NCBI GenBank assembly: GCA_963784225.1 | Contig: CAWAQN010000017.1 | Location: 151,272-215,271, forward strand | DNA from: an uncultured Gammaproteobacteria bacterium | GTDB taxonomy: Bacteria > Pseudomonadota > Gammaproteobacteria > Steroidobacterales > Steroidobacteraceae | Length of the DNA: 64,000 nt | Reading direction: 5' to 3' | In this document: positions 33,140 through 45,436 of the stretch, one piece after another | Layout of the letters: each line of letters starts with the position of its first letter | Position numbering within the stretch: the stretch's first letter is position 1 | Translations under genes and position numbers: made by a program | The notes under the pieces: model-generated | The model's database searches: none | The model's input: the letters and a program-made list of their open reading frames with translations, nothing else | What the model was told of the DNA's origin: nothing

Positions 33140-34270
33140 TCACGAGGCGTCGACATCGGCCGCAGCCGGCGACACGCCTTCGCTTTCGTCGCCCCTGCGC
33201 GGGAACCGCAAACGCACCGTGTAACGATTGTCCTGGTCCGCCAATTCGACGCCCGAGCGGCCCGGAAACGCGAGGTCGAGCCGCTGTCGGATGTTGTCGA
33301 GGGCCATGCCATTGCCGCGCGTCGACGCCCGGCGTGCTGACGCCGGGAGGGTCGGATTGGTTACTTCGATCACGATCGCGTCGCGCTCGACCCGGCCCCG
33401 CACGCCGACCGTGCCGCCGTGCGGCAGCGGCTCGATCCCGTGAACGATGGCGTTCTCGAGCAGCGGTTGCAGCAGCAGGCTGGGCACGATGGCACGGGCC
33501 GGCACCGCCGACACGTCCCATTCCACCGTAAGCCGCTCGCCGAGCCGCAATTGCTCGATGCGCTGGTAGGTGCGGGCAATCTCGATTTCCTCGGCCAGCG
33601 TGATCTGCGCACGCGCATCGTTGAGGCTCACGCGGAACAGGTCGGCGAGATCTTCGACGGCCGCCTCCGCCAGCGCGGGATCGGACCGCGTCAGTGCCGC
33701 GATGGTGTTCATGCTGTTGAACAGGAAATGGGGCCGGATGCGGGCCTGCAGTGCGCGGATCCTGGCGCGCGCCTCGAGCTCGATCGAGCGACGCCATTGA
33801 TGCGTGACATAGAAGTATCGCAACGCCAGCGCCCCGACGATCGCGGCGATCAACAGCTTCGGCAGCAGGAATCGAGCGTGCGAACCCGGGTAGAAACCAG
33901 ACGACGTGCCGAGCCGCTCGGACCAGAACAGGCCAACCCAGTACACGGCCTCCGAGACGAGCGCCACCGTGCCGACCATCGTGCCGAGAGCCCAGCCGAT
34001 GCCGGCGCGCAGCGACATGTGCGCGAACCGCGGCCGCAACCGGCACCACATCGCAGCGCACAGAAGCCCGGTCCAGAGCAGGAACACGGAGGTCTGGGCG
34101 AGATCCATCCAGAACTCCCCGGGTACGTTCTGGCGTGCCAGCGCGAGTACCACGCCGAGCAGCCCGGCAATCAGCGCGATCGCGAGGACGGCGTGTGACT
34201 CGCAGAAGTCGGGCAGGTAAAAATCCTGCGATTGGCCGCTGTCGCCTCGAGCGACGGGCGGTTTTCTCAT
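33140..34270 (-). CDS. LytS/AlgZ(FimS)-type sensor histidine kinase
   Basis: Internal ATG (MRKPPVARG..) of ORF 33140..34375. Four TM segments, His-kinase motif RPHFLFNSMNTI and ATPase region LLLQPLLENAIVHG. Confidence 0.8.
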   Translation of the reverse strand: MRKPPVARGDSGQSQDFYLPDFCESHAVLAIALIAGLLGVVLALARQNVPGEFWMDLAQTSVFLLWTGLLCAAMWCRLRPRFAHMSLRAGIGWALGTMVGTVALVSEAVYWVGLFWSERLGTSSGFYPGSHARFLLPKLLIAAIVGALALRYFYVTHQWRRSIELEARARIRALQARIRPHFLFNSMNTIAALTRSDPALAEAAVEDLADLFRVSLNDARAQITLAEEIEIARTYQRIEQLRLGERLTVEWDVSAVPARAIVPSLLLQPLLENAIVHGIEPLPHGGTVGVRGRVERDAIVIEVTNPTLPASARRASTRGNGMALDNIRQRLDLAFPGRSGVELADQDNRYTVRLRFPRRGDESEGVSPAAADVDAS

Positions 34271-34371
34271 CGCGAGGCGGGCGCCGTCCCGGGCTTGCCC
34301 GCCGCGGCGAACAGCGCGTCCTTGAGGCGGAACAGCACCGAAATGTCTTCGTCGCCATGCCCCTGCGGCGA

Positions 34372-35181
34372 TCAATTCGCTGGTACTGCGTCGAGCGTCG
34401 ACTCGACGACCGGCAATGCGACGCCGAGCCGTGCCGCCATGTCGTGGCAGATGCGCAGGTCCTTCTCATGCAGGCGCACGCGGAACCCGGCCGGAAACGC
34501 ATCGCGCACGATATTCGGCGCCCGGTTCACGAAATACCAGCTCGAGCCCGCTCCTTTGCCCAGCGTTTCGATCAGCTGCGGCAGTGGCAGGCCCTGCGCC
34601 TTGGCAAAAGCCATCGCTTCCGCCACGGCCTGGATGACGCCGGCGCACATGATCTGGTTCGTGGCCTTGGCCGCCTGCCCGGCGCCGTTCGGGCCGAAAT
34701 GCGTGACCGTGCGTCCCATTGCCTGCAGCACCGGCAGCGCGCGGGCGAAAGCCTCCGGGGTGCCGCCGGCCATGACGGCGAGCGTGCCGTCGCGCGCGCC
34801 TTCGACGCCGCCGCTGACCGGCGCGTCGAGGAATTCGACGCTGCGCGCCGCCAGCGTCTGCGCGGCCTCGCGCGCGGTGTCCGCACTGACCGTCGAGCAG
34901 TCGATCACGAGCGCGCCTGCCTGCAGCCCTGGCCCGAGCGCCGTCGATGACCTGCAGCACATCCTGGTCCGCAGCGACGCAGAGCACGATCACATCGCAG
35001 GCTTGAGCGAGGGCCGCAGGACTCGACGCGGCGGCCACGCCGAGTTTCGGCGGCAAGCTCCGCCGACACGTGCCGACGTGCGGTTCCAGACGGCGCGCAG
35101 CAGGCCGGCGCCGTGCAGGTTGCGGGCCATGCCGCGGCCCATGGCGCCGAGGCCCGCGAAGCCGACAGCGGGCGCACTCAC
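34372..35181 (-). pseudogene. NAD(P)-dependent oxidoreductase, 3-hydroxyisobutyrate dehydrogenase family; frame-broken
   Basis: GTG start piece 34990..35181 (VGFAGLGAMGRGMARNL) and C-terminal piece 34372..34962 (VIDCSTVS..FLDAPVSGG..GAGQAAKATNQ). The middle is in a third frame. Confidence 0.75.
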
Positions 35182-35186
35182 TGGTC

Positions 35187-35652
35187 TCAGAGTCCGGCGC
35201 AGAACTCGTCCATCGTCTTCTTCGCATTGTCGCGCGCGGCGGTGATCTCGTCATCGTCGAGGTAGCGTCGCTCGCCCTCGCTCTCGCCCGGCTCGTAAAG
35301 CCGCTGCGCGTTCATGTAGTGCTCGTAGCGCTGCGCGCGAGTCCTCGCAACGCTTGGCCTTGTCCACGGCCGTCATTTCCCTGGCCTGCTTCGCGTCGGC
35401 GGCTTTTTTCGCGTCGTTCGCCGCGGCAGCGTCCGCAGCGGCACGACCTTTCATCTCGGTGTCGTAGCGGTTCTGCCACGTCTACGGTATCCGTCGATTT
35501 GGAGGTGACCTTCAGCTTCTCCGCGGGCAGGCTTTCCGGCCGGTCGGTGTAGATCGGCCTGACCTTGCGCGTCCTTGGTCACGAACACTTCGCCGGCGTG
35601 GGCGCGTGCCAAGCAGAGCGAGCGCAGCAACGATCGTTACGATGGACTTCAT
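35187..35652 (-). pseudogene. DUF4124 domain-containing secreted protein; frame-broken
   Basis: GGAGGAA RBS then ATG at 35652. MKSIVTIVAALALLG.. (signal peptide), then in other frames ..EVFVTKDAQG..IYTDRPESLPAEKL.. and the C-terminus ..KKTMDEFCAGL. Confidence 0.5.
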
Positions 35653-35747
35653 GGCGGTTCCTCCGGGAGCGCGCCAAGTCTAGCAGGATGCCCGATTCTG
35701 TCCCCGCCGGCCCCCGAAAACAGGCCCTGGTTCAAGATTCAGCACGC

Positions 35748-35775
35748 AAAAAAAAGCGGGCGCCGAGGCGCCCGC
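35748..35775 (-). terminator. Rho-independent terminator downstream of amtB
   Basis: Stem GCGGGCGCC / GGCGCCCGC (35756-35775) followed on the minus strand by a run of 8 T (35755-35748). Confidence 0.75.
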
Positions 35776-35827
35776 AAGCGGGTAAGAAGGCGACCGGACC
35801 AGGACCGGCCGCCCTCCACAGACCCAG

Positions 35828-37226
35828 TCAGTTGTACGCGCGCTCGCCGTGCGACACGGTATCGAGGCCCTTCGCGTTCCTGCTCCTCGGTGACCCGCAG
35901 GCCGACGACGAGGTCGACGATCTTGAACGAGATCGCCGCGACCACGCCGACCAGACGAGCGCCACGCCGACACCCCAGAACTGGGCCTTGAATTGCGCGC
36001 CCATGGAGTACTCGGCGACGGCGTTCGCGACGTAGTCGTAGACGCCGGTGCCACCGAGCGCCGGGTCGCAGAACACGGCCGTCAGCAGAGCGCCGACGAT
36101 GCCGCCGACGCAGTGCACGCCAAACACATCCAGCGAGTCGTCGTAGCCGAGCTTGTTCTTCAGGCCCGCCACCGCAGCGAGGCAGAGAAGACCCGCAATC
36201 AGGCCAATCGCGATCGAACCCATCGGTCCCACCCAGCCGCAGGCGGGAGTGATCGCGACGAGGCCGGCCACCGCACCCGAGGCAGCACCGAGCATCGTCG
36301 GCGTTCCGCGGTGGATCCACTCGGCGAATGTCCAGGCCAATGCCGCGGCCGCAGTGGCCAGGATGCGTGTTGGCGAAGACCATGGCCGTGAAGCCGTTGG
36401 CTTCGAGACCCGAGCCGACGTTGAAACCGAACCAGCCGACCCACAGCAGCGAGGCGCCGATCATGACCAGCGGGAGGTTGTGCGGCGGCATGGCGGTGGA
36501 GCCGTAGCCGATCCGCTTGCCGATCATCAGCGCACCGACGAGGCCGGCGATGCCGGCGTTGATGTGCACGACCGTGCCGCCGGCGAAGTCGAGGGCGCCC
36601 TTCTGGAACAGGAAGCCCGCCGTGGCTGTCGCCGCGGCTGCCGCATCGGCATCCGTGTACGCGTCCGGACCCGCCCACCACCAGACCATGTGCGCCATGG
36701 GCAGGTACGAGAAGGTGAACCAGAGCACCATGAACAGCAGCACGGCGCTGAACTTCATGCGTTCGGCGAACGCGCCGACGATCAGGCAGGGCGTGATGCA
36801 GGCGAACGTGAGCTGGAAGATGAACCAGGCGAACTCGGGGATGTACACGCCCTTGCTGAAGGTCGCGGCCACGGAACTCGTGGTCAGGCCCTGCAGGAAG
36901 AGACGGTCGAAGCCGCCGATGAAGTCGTTGCCGTTGGTGAACGCGAGGCTGTAGCCGTAGATGGCCCACAGCAGCGCGATCAGGCAGAACGTCACGAACA
37001 CCTGCATCAGCAGCGACAGCACGTTCTTCGAACGCGACATGCCGCCGTAGAACAGGGCGAGTCCCGGGATCGTCATCAGGATCACCAGCACGGTCGAGGT
37101 CATCATCCAGGCAGTGTCGCCCTTGTCAGGCACGGGGACGTCCTGGGCGAATCCCAAGGCGGGCGCCAGCATGGCGCAGAGTGCTAGCGCGGCAGCCCAG
37201 GGGCGGCTTGGCGCGGCGGTCAGCAT
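35828..37226 (-). pseudogene. amtB: Ammonium transporter AmtB; at least 2 frame changes
   Basis: AGGAGAA RBS then ATG at 37226. N-terminal two-thirds in ORF 35739..37265 (FAGGTVVHINAGIAGL). C-terminal third in 35828..36340 (GVHCVGGIVGALLT), ending ..GERAYN. Confidence 0.9.
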
Positions 37227-37292
37227 CTTCACTGGTTGTTCTCCTGTCGGTGGTCTGTGTGTCATGTCATGGATGCGGTCGAAGAAGGGCGT

Positions 37293-38161
<869 letters not shown>

Positions 38162-38174
38162 GCCAGGGCCAGTC

Positions 38175-38945
38175 ATGACACGGCAGCCCGGGGGCCCGGT
38201 CACGATCATCGGCAGTTACGTTTCGCCTTTCGTGCGCAAGGTCCTGGTTTGCCTCGACCTGAAGCAGGTGCCCTACGAGATCGACCCGATCACGCCGTTC
38301 TTTGGCGACGATCGCTTCACGAAGCTGAGTCCGCTGCGGCGCGTGCCCGTCCTGATCGACGATCACGTGACTATCGCCGACTCGACGGTGATCGTGCAGT
38401 ACCTCGACGAACTGTACCCTGAGCGGTATCCACTGTATCCAGTCGGAGCCGCCGCCCGTGCGCGGGCACGATGGCTCGAGGAATACGCCGATACGCGAAT
38501 GGCCGACGTGATCATCTGGGGCGTATTCAACAAGGCCGTGATCGAACCCGGCGTATGGGGCCGGCCCCGTGACCTCGATGGCATCGCGCGCGCGATGCGG
38601 GACGAAGTGCCGGGGGTTCTCGACTACCTGGAGACACAGGTACCTGCAGCGGGATTCCTGTTCGACCTGGAGCGCATCGGCATCGCCGACATTGCACTGG
38701 CGAGCCTGTTTCGCAACCTCGGTTTCGCACGGCAACGCATCGATGCCGAGCGCTGGCCACTCACCGCCGTTTACATCGACCGGACCTTGTCGCAACCGGC
38801 GTTCACGCGGCTGCAGCGGTTCGAGGAGGCGATGATGCGCACCCCGATCGGCCAGCATCGGAACAAACTCGCCGAACTCGGCGCGCCGTTGACCGGCGTC
38901 ACCGTCGGCAGCGCGGCACCACGCCGCGGAGCACTTCACTCATAG
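38175..38945 (+). CDS. Glutathione S-transferase family protein
   Basis: In-frame ATG at 38175 within ORF 37797..38945. N-terminal thioredoxin-like fold SPFVRKV..LSPLRRVPVLID..ADSTVIVQYLDE. Confidence 0.75.
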   Translation: MTRQPGGPVTIIGSYVSPFVRKVLVCLDLKQVPYEIDPITPFFGDDRFTKLSPLRRVPVLIDDHVTIADSTVIVQYLDELYPERYPLYPVGAAARARARWLEEYADTRMADVIIWGVFNKAVIEPGVWGRPRDLDGIARAMRDEVPGVLDYLETQVPAAGFLFDLERIGIADIALASLFRNLGFARQRIDAERWPLTAVYIDRTLSQPAFTRLQRFEEAMMRTPIGQHRNKLAELGAPLTGVTVGSAAPRRGALHS

Positions 38946-38958
38946 GCCCGCCAGCGTC

Positions 38959-39834
38959 ATGTCAGCACCACACGTCACGTCTTTCCTGCACGCGCCGACC
39001 GGCACCTGGTCACACGTGGTCTCGGACCCCGCGACGCGCGCGGCTGCCATCATCGATCCAGTGCTCGATTACGATTGGCGTTCGGGTCGCACCGGCTCCG
39101 GCAGCATCGAGCGCGTCATCGAACACTGCCGTGCGGCCCGGCTGGAGTTGCACTGGATTCTCGAGACGCACGCCCATGCCGATCACCTTTCTGCCGCACA
39201 GCACCTGCGACAGGCACTCGGCGGCAGGATTGCGATTGGTCGCGGGATCCTCGGTGTGCAGCGTACGTTCAAGGGTATCTACAATTTCGGCGACGAATTT
39301 GTCCCGGACGGCCGCCAGTTCGATCAACTGTTCGATGACGACGATGCGGTACCCCTCGGCGAGCTGACGCTGAAGGTCGTCGCGACGCCGGGACATACCA
39401 GCGACAGCGTTACGTATGTCGTCGGCGATGCAATCTTCGTCGGCGACACGCTGTTCATGCCGGACTGCGGGTCGGCACGCTGCGACTTCCCGGGTGGCGA
39501 CGCGGCCGAACTGTACCGGTCGGTGCAGTGGATGTATTCGTTGCCGCCGCAAACCCGCATGTACCTGTGCCACGACTATCCGCCTGCGGGGCGCGACCCG
39601 TGCGCAGAAACAACGGTCGGCGACCAGCGCGAACGCAATATCCACGTCCGCGACGGCGTTACCGAGCAGCAGTACGTGCAGCTGCGCACGACGCGTGACG
39701 CAACCCTCGACGTGCCCAACCTGCTCATTCCTGCCGTGCAATTCAACATGCGTGGCGGCCAGTTGCCGCCGCCGGAATCGAACGGCACCAGTTATCTGCG
39801 CGTCCCGGTGAATCTCGTCGGCCGGTCGAAGTAG
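38959..39834 (+). CDS. MBL-fold metallo-hydrolase (ETHE1/Blh-like)
   Basis: Intact 291-aa ORF with metal motif ETHAHADH and ..TPGHTSDS.. further on. Confidence 0.8.
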   Translation: MSAPHVTSFLHAPTGTWSHVVSDPATRAAAIIDPVLDYDWRSGRTGSGSIERVIEHCRAARLELHWILETHAHADHLSAAQHLRQALGGRIAIGRGILGVQRTFKGIYNFGDEFVPDGRQFDQLFDDDDAVPLGELTLKVVATPGHTSDSVTYVVGDAIFVGDTLFMPDCGSARCDFPGGDAAELYRSVQWMYSLPPQTRMYLCHDYPPAGRDPCAETTVGDQRERNIHVRDGVTEQQYVQLRTTRDATLDVPNLLIPAVQFNMRGGQLPPPESNGTSYLRVPVNLVGRSK

Positions 39835-39896
39835 AGGCGATCGTCGCATCGTCGAACACCGGCACGAGGAGCCTTCAACGCGACACCCCGGGCACT

Positions 39897-41309
39897 TCAG
39901 CGCAGCAGGTTTTCTGCCACCTCGGCGAAGGAGGCTCGCAGGGTTTCTACCTGCAGCGCCGTGGTCGCAGGACACACGAGCATCATGTTGTGAAACGGCG
40001 TGATCAGGCACCCACGGTTCAAGAGCGAAAGGTGAATCGCCTGTTCCAGTAGCGGAGCATGGGCGCTTTCGGCTTCGGTCCCGTTGCGGAGCGGGCCGGG
40101 TGCGCAGACGAACTCCACGCGCGCGCCGACGCGAACCACGTGCCACGGCAGCCGTCGATCGGCGATCGCTGCCTGCAGTCCGCTCGCCAGTTTTCCGGCG
40201 AGGTGCTCCATGCCGCGATAGGCATCCTCGGTCATGACGCTTTCGAGCGTTGCCCGCATGGCGGCCAATGACAAGGCGTTCGCCGAGAGCGTCGTGCCCA
40301 TGCCCGAAAACCCGGCAGCCCGCACGCGATCGAGTCGCTGTGCCACGTCATCGGTGAACCCCCACACGCTCGTGGGAACGCCTCCCGCTATGGGCTTGCC
40401 GAGCACGAACAGGTCGGGTTCGAGGCCGTGGGCGCGGGTGTATCCGCCGGGGCCAGTCGAGATCGTATGAGTCTCGTCGATCAGCAGCAGCGTGCCGGCC
40501 TGCCGCGTCAGGTGGCGTAACGCCGTGTGGAATCCCGGCTCCGGCAACACCATGCAGGAGTTGGTCAGCACGGGCTCGGTGATCACACAGGCTACGTCGC
40601 CCTGGGCCAGCGCTGCCTCGAGCGCGGGCAGGTCGTTGAATTCCACCACCCGCGCGAGCTGCGTCAGGTCCGTGACCTGGCCGAGCAGGCCGGGTCGGTG
40701 GACGGTGCGGCCACCGACGAGCCGCACGAACGTTTCATCGACCGTGCCGTGGTAGCAGCCGTTGAAAACGAGAATCTTCGGTCGGCCGGTCACGGCGCGA
40801 GCCACACGCAGCGCAAACCGGTTCGCGTCGGTCGCGGTCGTGGCGACCTGCCAGTGCGGCAACCCGAAGCGCTCTGCCAGCAGGCCGCCTACGGCCACGG
40901 CGTCCGCCGAGGGCAGCATGTACGTCAGGCCCTTGCCGGCCTGGCGCACGATCGCCTCGACGACGGCCGCAGGGGAATGCCCGAACATCGAGCCGGTATC
41001 GCCGAGGCAGAAATCCGCGTATTCGTGACCGTCGATGTCGCGCAACGTGGAGCCGTGCGCGGATTCGACGACGAACGGGAATGGCATCGACCAGTCCCGC
41101 ATCCAGTGCATGGGCACGCCGTCGTAGTAGCCGCGGATGCCTCGTGCGGTCAGGGCAGCGGAACGGGGACGCGCCGTCGAATATTTTGCCCGCTCGGCGT
41201 CGAGCACCGACTCGATGCGTGATCGGAAAACACCGCCAATCGTCGCTGTATCCAAGGTTCCGCTCGTGTTCGCCGGGAACGGTATTGTAGAACCCTGGCA
41301 CTGTCGCAC
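39897..41309 (-). CDS. Class-III (aspartate aminotransferase family / GSA-aminomutase-like) PLP-dependent aminotransferase
   Basis: Intact 470-aa ORF carrying ..LLIDETHT.. and the putative PLP-lysine context DLFVLGKPIAGG. Start codon choice uncertain. Confidence 0.75.
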   Translation of the reverse strand: MRQCQGSTIPFPANTSGTLDTATIGGVFRSRIESVLDAERAKYSTARPRSAALTARGIRGYYDGVPMHWMRDWSMPFPFVVESAHGSTLRDIDGHEYADFCLGDTGSMFGHSPAAVVEAIVRQAGKGLTYMLPSADAVAVGGLLAERFGLPHWQVATTATDANRFALRVARAVTGRPKILVFNGCYHGTVDETFVRLVGGRTVHRPGLLGQVTDLTQLARVVEFNDLPALEAALAQGDVACVITEPVLTNSCMVLPEPGFHTALRHLTRQAGTLLLIDETHTISTGPGGYTRAHGLEPDLFVLGKPIAGGVPTSVWGFTDDVAQRLDRVRAAGFSGMGTTLSANALSLAAMRATLESVMTEDAYRGMEHLAGKLASGLQAAIADRRLPWHVVRVGARVEFVCAPGPLRNGTEAESAHAPLLEQAIHLSLLNRGCLITPFHNMMLVCPATTALQVETLRASFAEVAENLLR

Positions 41310-41335
41310 GGCTTTGCGGGAGGCAGCGGCTCAAG

Positions 41336-41364
41336 TTGACGCCCCCGGCGTCCTTATGGATACT
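41336..41364 (+). promoter_or_regulatory. Putative sigma70 promoter of the trp operon
   Basis: TTGACG (41336-41341), 17-nt spacer, GATACT (41359-41364). Lies 10 nt upstream of the leader ATG. Confidence 0.4.
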
Positions 41365-41374
41365 GCACCGCGAG

Positions 41375-41431
41375 ATGAACGTAACCGCGACAAGCAATCC
41401 GAACACCAGCTGGTGGTGGCGCCACTCATAA
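41375..41431 (+). CDS. trpL: trp operon leader peptide, 18 codons with three consecutive Trp codons
   Basis: ATG AAC GTA ACC GCG ACA AGC AAT CCG AAC ACC AGC TGG TGG TGG CGC CAC TCA TAA = MNVTATSNPNTSWWWRHS*. Too short for the ORF track. Followed by alternative hairpins and a terminator before trpE. Confidence 0.75.
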   Translation: MNVTATSNPNTSWWWRHS

Positions 41432-41475
41432 AGGAGTGGGGCCGGACGCGTTAGTTTCGTTCGCAGGCATTAAGG

Positions 41476-41512
41476 ACCCATCTCCGCGAGCCACCGTGGG
41501 ATGGGTTTTTTG
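41476..41512 (+). terminator. trp attenuator (intrinsic terminator 3:4 hairpin plus U-run)
   Basis: ACCCATCTC (41476-41484) pairs with GGGATGGGT (41498-41506, one G-U pair), followed by TTTTTTGTTG. Lies about 40 nt upstream of the trpE GTG. Confidence 0.7.
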
Positions 41513-41552
41513 TTGTCCGTCCACCGGGGTCCTCGCGCCAGAGGAGCCGTGA

Positions 41553-42944
41553 GTGACGACGACCTTGTTCGACATCGCTGCCGATCTCGATACGCCGGTT
41601 TCGGCGTACCTGAAGCTGAAGCCATTCCGGCCGCGCTTTCTGCTGGAAAGCGTCGAGGGTGGCGAGCGGCTGGCGCGCTATTCCTTCATCGGTTTCGGCG
41701 ACTGCCTCGAATATCGCCTCGATGCGGACGGTCTCGTCGTGGACGGGCAGCGTCGGCCACGCCCCGCCGACCAGGCCGCGCTGCTCGATTCATTCCGGCA
41801 TGCACTGGCGCAGGCCCCGCGACCCGAAGCCGGACAGGACGGATTTCCGCTGCACGGCGGCCTCGTCGGTGTTTCGAGCTACGACCTGGTCCGCTATTTC
41901 GAGCGCCTGCCGTCGCTCGCGAAGGTGATCGACGACGCTCCCGACGCGCATTACCTCGCACCGCAGGTCGCTGCTGGTCTTCGATCACCTGACGCGCCGT
42001 GCCGCGTTGCTGCATGCCGGCACGGAGCACGAGCGCACGGCGCTGCGCCGCGAGGTCGATTCGCGCGCTGCGCGGCGGCCTGCCGGGCCCGGCCTGGCAG
42101 CCGAAGTTCAGCGCGCCCGAGGCCAGCCTTTCGAGGAAGCGTTCCTGCACAACGTGGCGCGCACCAAGGAGTACATCGCGGCCGGCGACGTGTACCAGCT
42201 GGTGCTGTCGGTGCGCTTCTCGGGCCGTTGCGATCTCGACCCGTTCGAGGCTTATCGCGCGCTGCGACTGCTGAATCCGTCGCCCTACATGTATTACTGC
42301 GAGCTTGGCGAACGCGTCGTCGTCGGCTCGTCGCCCGAAGCGCTCGTGAAGCTGAACGGCGGTGCTGCGCCGAGATGCGTCCGATTGCCGGCACGCGGCC
42401 GCGCGGTGCGGATGCGCTGCAGGATGCCGCGTTCGAAGCGGAACTGCTCGCCGACCCGAAGGAGAACTCCGAGCACGTCATGCTGGTCGACCTGGCGCGC
42501 AACGATCTCGGGCGTTGCGCAACGGCGGGCAGCGTGCACGTCGATCCGTACCGTTCGATCGAGCGCTACAGCCACGTCATGCACATCGTCAGTGGCGTCA
42601 AAGGGCGAGCTCGCGCCGGGCAAGGACGCGTTCGACCTGTTCGCCGCGGCGTTCCCCGCGGGCACGCTGGTCGGCGCGCCGAAAGTGCGCGCCATGGAAA
42701 TCATCGACGAACTCGAGCCGGTGCGACGCGGCTTTTACGGCGGCACGGTCGGATATTTCGGCCACGGCGGCGACATGGACCAGGCGATTGCGATCCGCAC
42801 CATGGTTTTTCACGGCGACACCTACAGCTTCCAGGCCGGCGCCGGCATCGTCGCGGACAGCGTGCCGATCAGCGAATACCAGGAAGTCTTTGCGAAGAGC
42901 GCCGTGCTGCGCCGCGCGCTGGAACTGGCGCGGGAAGGTCTGTG

Positions 42945-42945
<1 letters not shown>
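41553..42945 (+). pseudogene. trpE: Anthranilate synthase component I; at least 3 frame changes
   Basis: GAGGAG RBS then GTG at 41553. Alternates between frames of ORFs 41553..43091 and 42007..42945. Carries [48 protein letters not shown]. Confidence 0.9.
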
Positions 42946-43555
<610 letters not shown>

Positions 43556-43556
<1 letters not shown>

Positions 43557-44623
43557 TGCTCGAACTGCGCGACACGCTCGAGCGCCTGCTCGACGGCGGT
43601 GACCTCACCGAGGCCGAGGCGGGCGAACTGCTCGGTTGCACTGACCGACGCGGCGATCGCGCCGGCCATGGGCGGCGCGTTGCTCGCGGCGCTGCGATCG
43701 AAGGGCGTCACCGCCGATGAAGTGCGCGGGTTCGCCGGCGCGATGCGTCGGCTGGCGCGCCGACCGGTACTGCCGCCGGGTCCGCCCGCGATCGACATCG
43801 TCGGCACCGGCGGCGACGCCTCCGGCAGTTTCAACATCTCGACGGGCGCCGCGTTGCTCGTCGCCGCGATGGGCGTGCGCGTGGTCAAGCACGGCAATCG
43901 CTCGGTCTCGAGCCGCTCGGGCAGCGCCGACCTGCTCGAGTGCCTGGGACTGCCGCTGCCACTCGACGAGAAAGGCGCGGGCGCCTGCCTCGCTGCAACG
44001 GGGTTCACGTTCCTGTTCGCGCCGCACTATCACCCCTCCATGAAGGAGATTGCGCCGGTTCGCCGCGCGCTCGGCGTGCGCACGGTGTTCAACCTGCTGG
44101 GGCCGCTGACGAACCCGGCCGAGCCTCCGTTCGGCCTGATGGGCGCCTACAGCGACGACGCGGCGCGACTCATGGCCGAGACGCTCGTCCGGCATGCCGA
44201 TCGAGCGTGTATTCGTCGTGCACGGCGAACCCGGCTGGGACGAGCCGACGCCCTGCGGCCCGTTCGAGCTCTACGACGTGCGTCCGGGCCGCGTCGAACG
44301 CACCGTCCGCGACCCGCCCGACTATGGATTGCCGCGCTGCTCCCCGCAGATCTTGCCGGCAGCGACGCTGCCCACAACGCCGCCGGCATGCGCGCCGTGT
44401 TCGCCGGCGAGGATCGCGGTCCCCATCGCGACGCGATCGTGTTGAACGCGGCGCTCGCGCTCGAGATGACCGGGCCGTCAGCGATCCATTGCACCGCCAT
44501 CCATGCCGCGGCCGCGGCGCTCGATCGCGGCGACGGCGCTGCGACTGCTGCGAGCAAATCGCGGCCTTCGGCGCGACGTTGCGCGCGGCGGCCGAGCTGC
44601 GATGGGCCTGCTCACCGACATGA
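43556..44623 (+). pseudogene. trpD: Anthranilate phosphoribosyltransferase; frame-broken, 3' end approximate
   Basis: ATG overlaps the trpG TGA (TGATG). IDIVGTGGDASGSFNISTGAALL..VKHGNRSVSSRSGSADLLE..GVRTVFNLLGPLTNP in 43599..44723; distal part in other frames. Confidence 0.85.
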
Positions 44624-45436
44624 CCAGGGCAGCCTCAGCGCGCGTACGCGAGGCCAAGGCTCGTGTGACCGGAAGCCGACCTGCGCGCAGCGGTCGCGAC
44701 GGCCGCGCCGTTTCCGCAACTGAAGCTGTCGCCGACGGGCTTCGACGTGATCGCGGAGCTCAAGTTGCGTTCGCCATCGCTCGGTGACCTCTCGCGGCGG
44801 ACGCTGGATCCGGTCGCGCGCCTGCGAGAGTTATGCGCAGGGGGGCGCGGCGGTCTGTTCGATCCTGACGGAGCCGTCGCGGTTCGATGGCGACCTCGCG
44901 CACCTGCGACTGGCGGCACGCGACGCTCCTGCCGTTCGCCGTGCCGGCGATGCGCAAGGATTTCCTGGTCGACCGCTACCAGGTGCTCGAGGCGCGCTCG
45001 CACGGCGCATGCGGCGTACTGCTGATCGTGCGCATGGTGCCGCTCGCGCAGCTCGTCGCAATGCTCGACTGCGCCGCCGACCTTGGGCTTGTTCGTGCTG
45101 CTCGAGGCGTTCGACGCCGCGGACTTGCCGTCGCCCGCCGAGCTGGCCGCAATCGCGCCGCGGCAGCGAACGAACAGGTGCTGATGGGGCTCAACTGCCG
45201 CGACCTCGAGACGCTGCAGATCAGATTTCGAACGTTTCGCGTCGCTTGCGCGAACAGATGCCGCTCGGCGTGGCCGAGCGTTGCCGAAAGTGGCGTGACT
45301 TCGCCTGAAGACGCCGCGGCCGTGGCCGAGCTCGGCTACCGGCTCGCACTGGTTGGCACGAGCTCTGATGCAGCGTCCGGATCCGGCGGCGGCATTGCGC
45401 GAGCTGATCGAGGCCGGGCGCGCGGTCGTCACGTGA
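44602..45436 (+). pseudogene. trpC: Indole-3-glycerol phosphate synthase; frame-broken
   Basis: VIAELKLRSPSLG (44747 frame), SILTEPSRFDG (44784 frame), MRKDFLVDRYQVLEAR..GLNCRDLETL..VAESG (44887 frame). TGA at 45434-45436. Confidence 0.85.
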
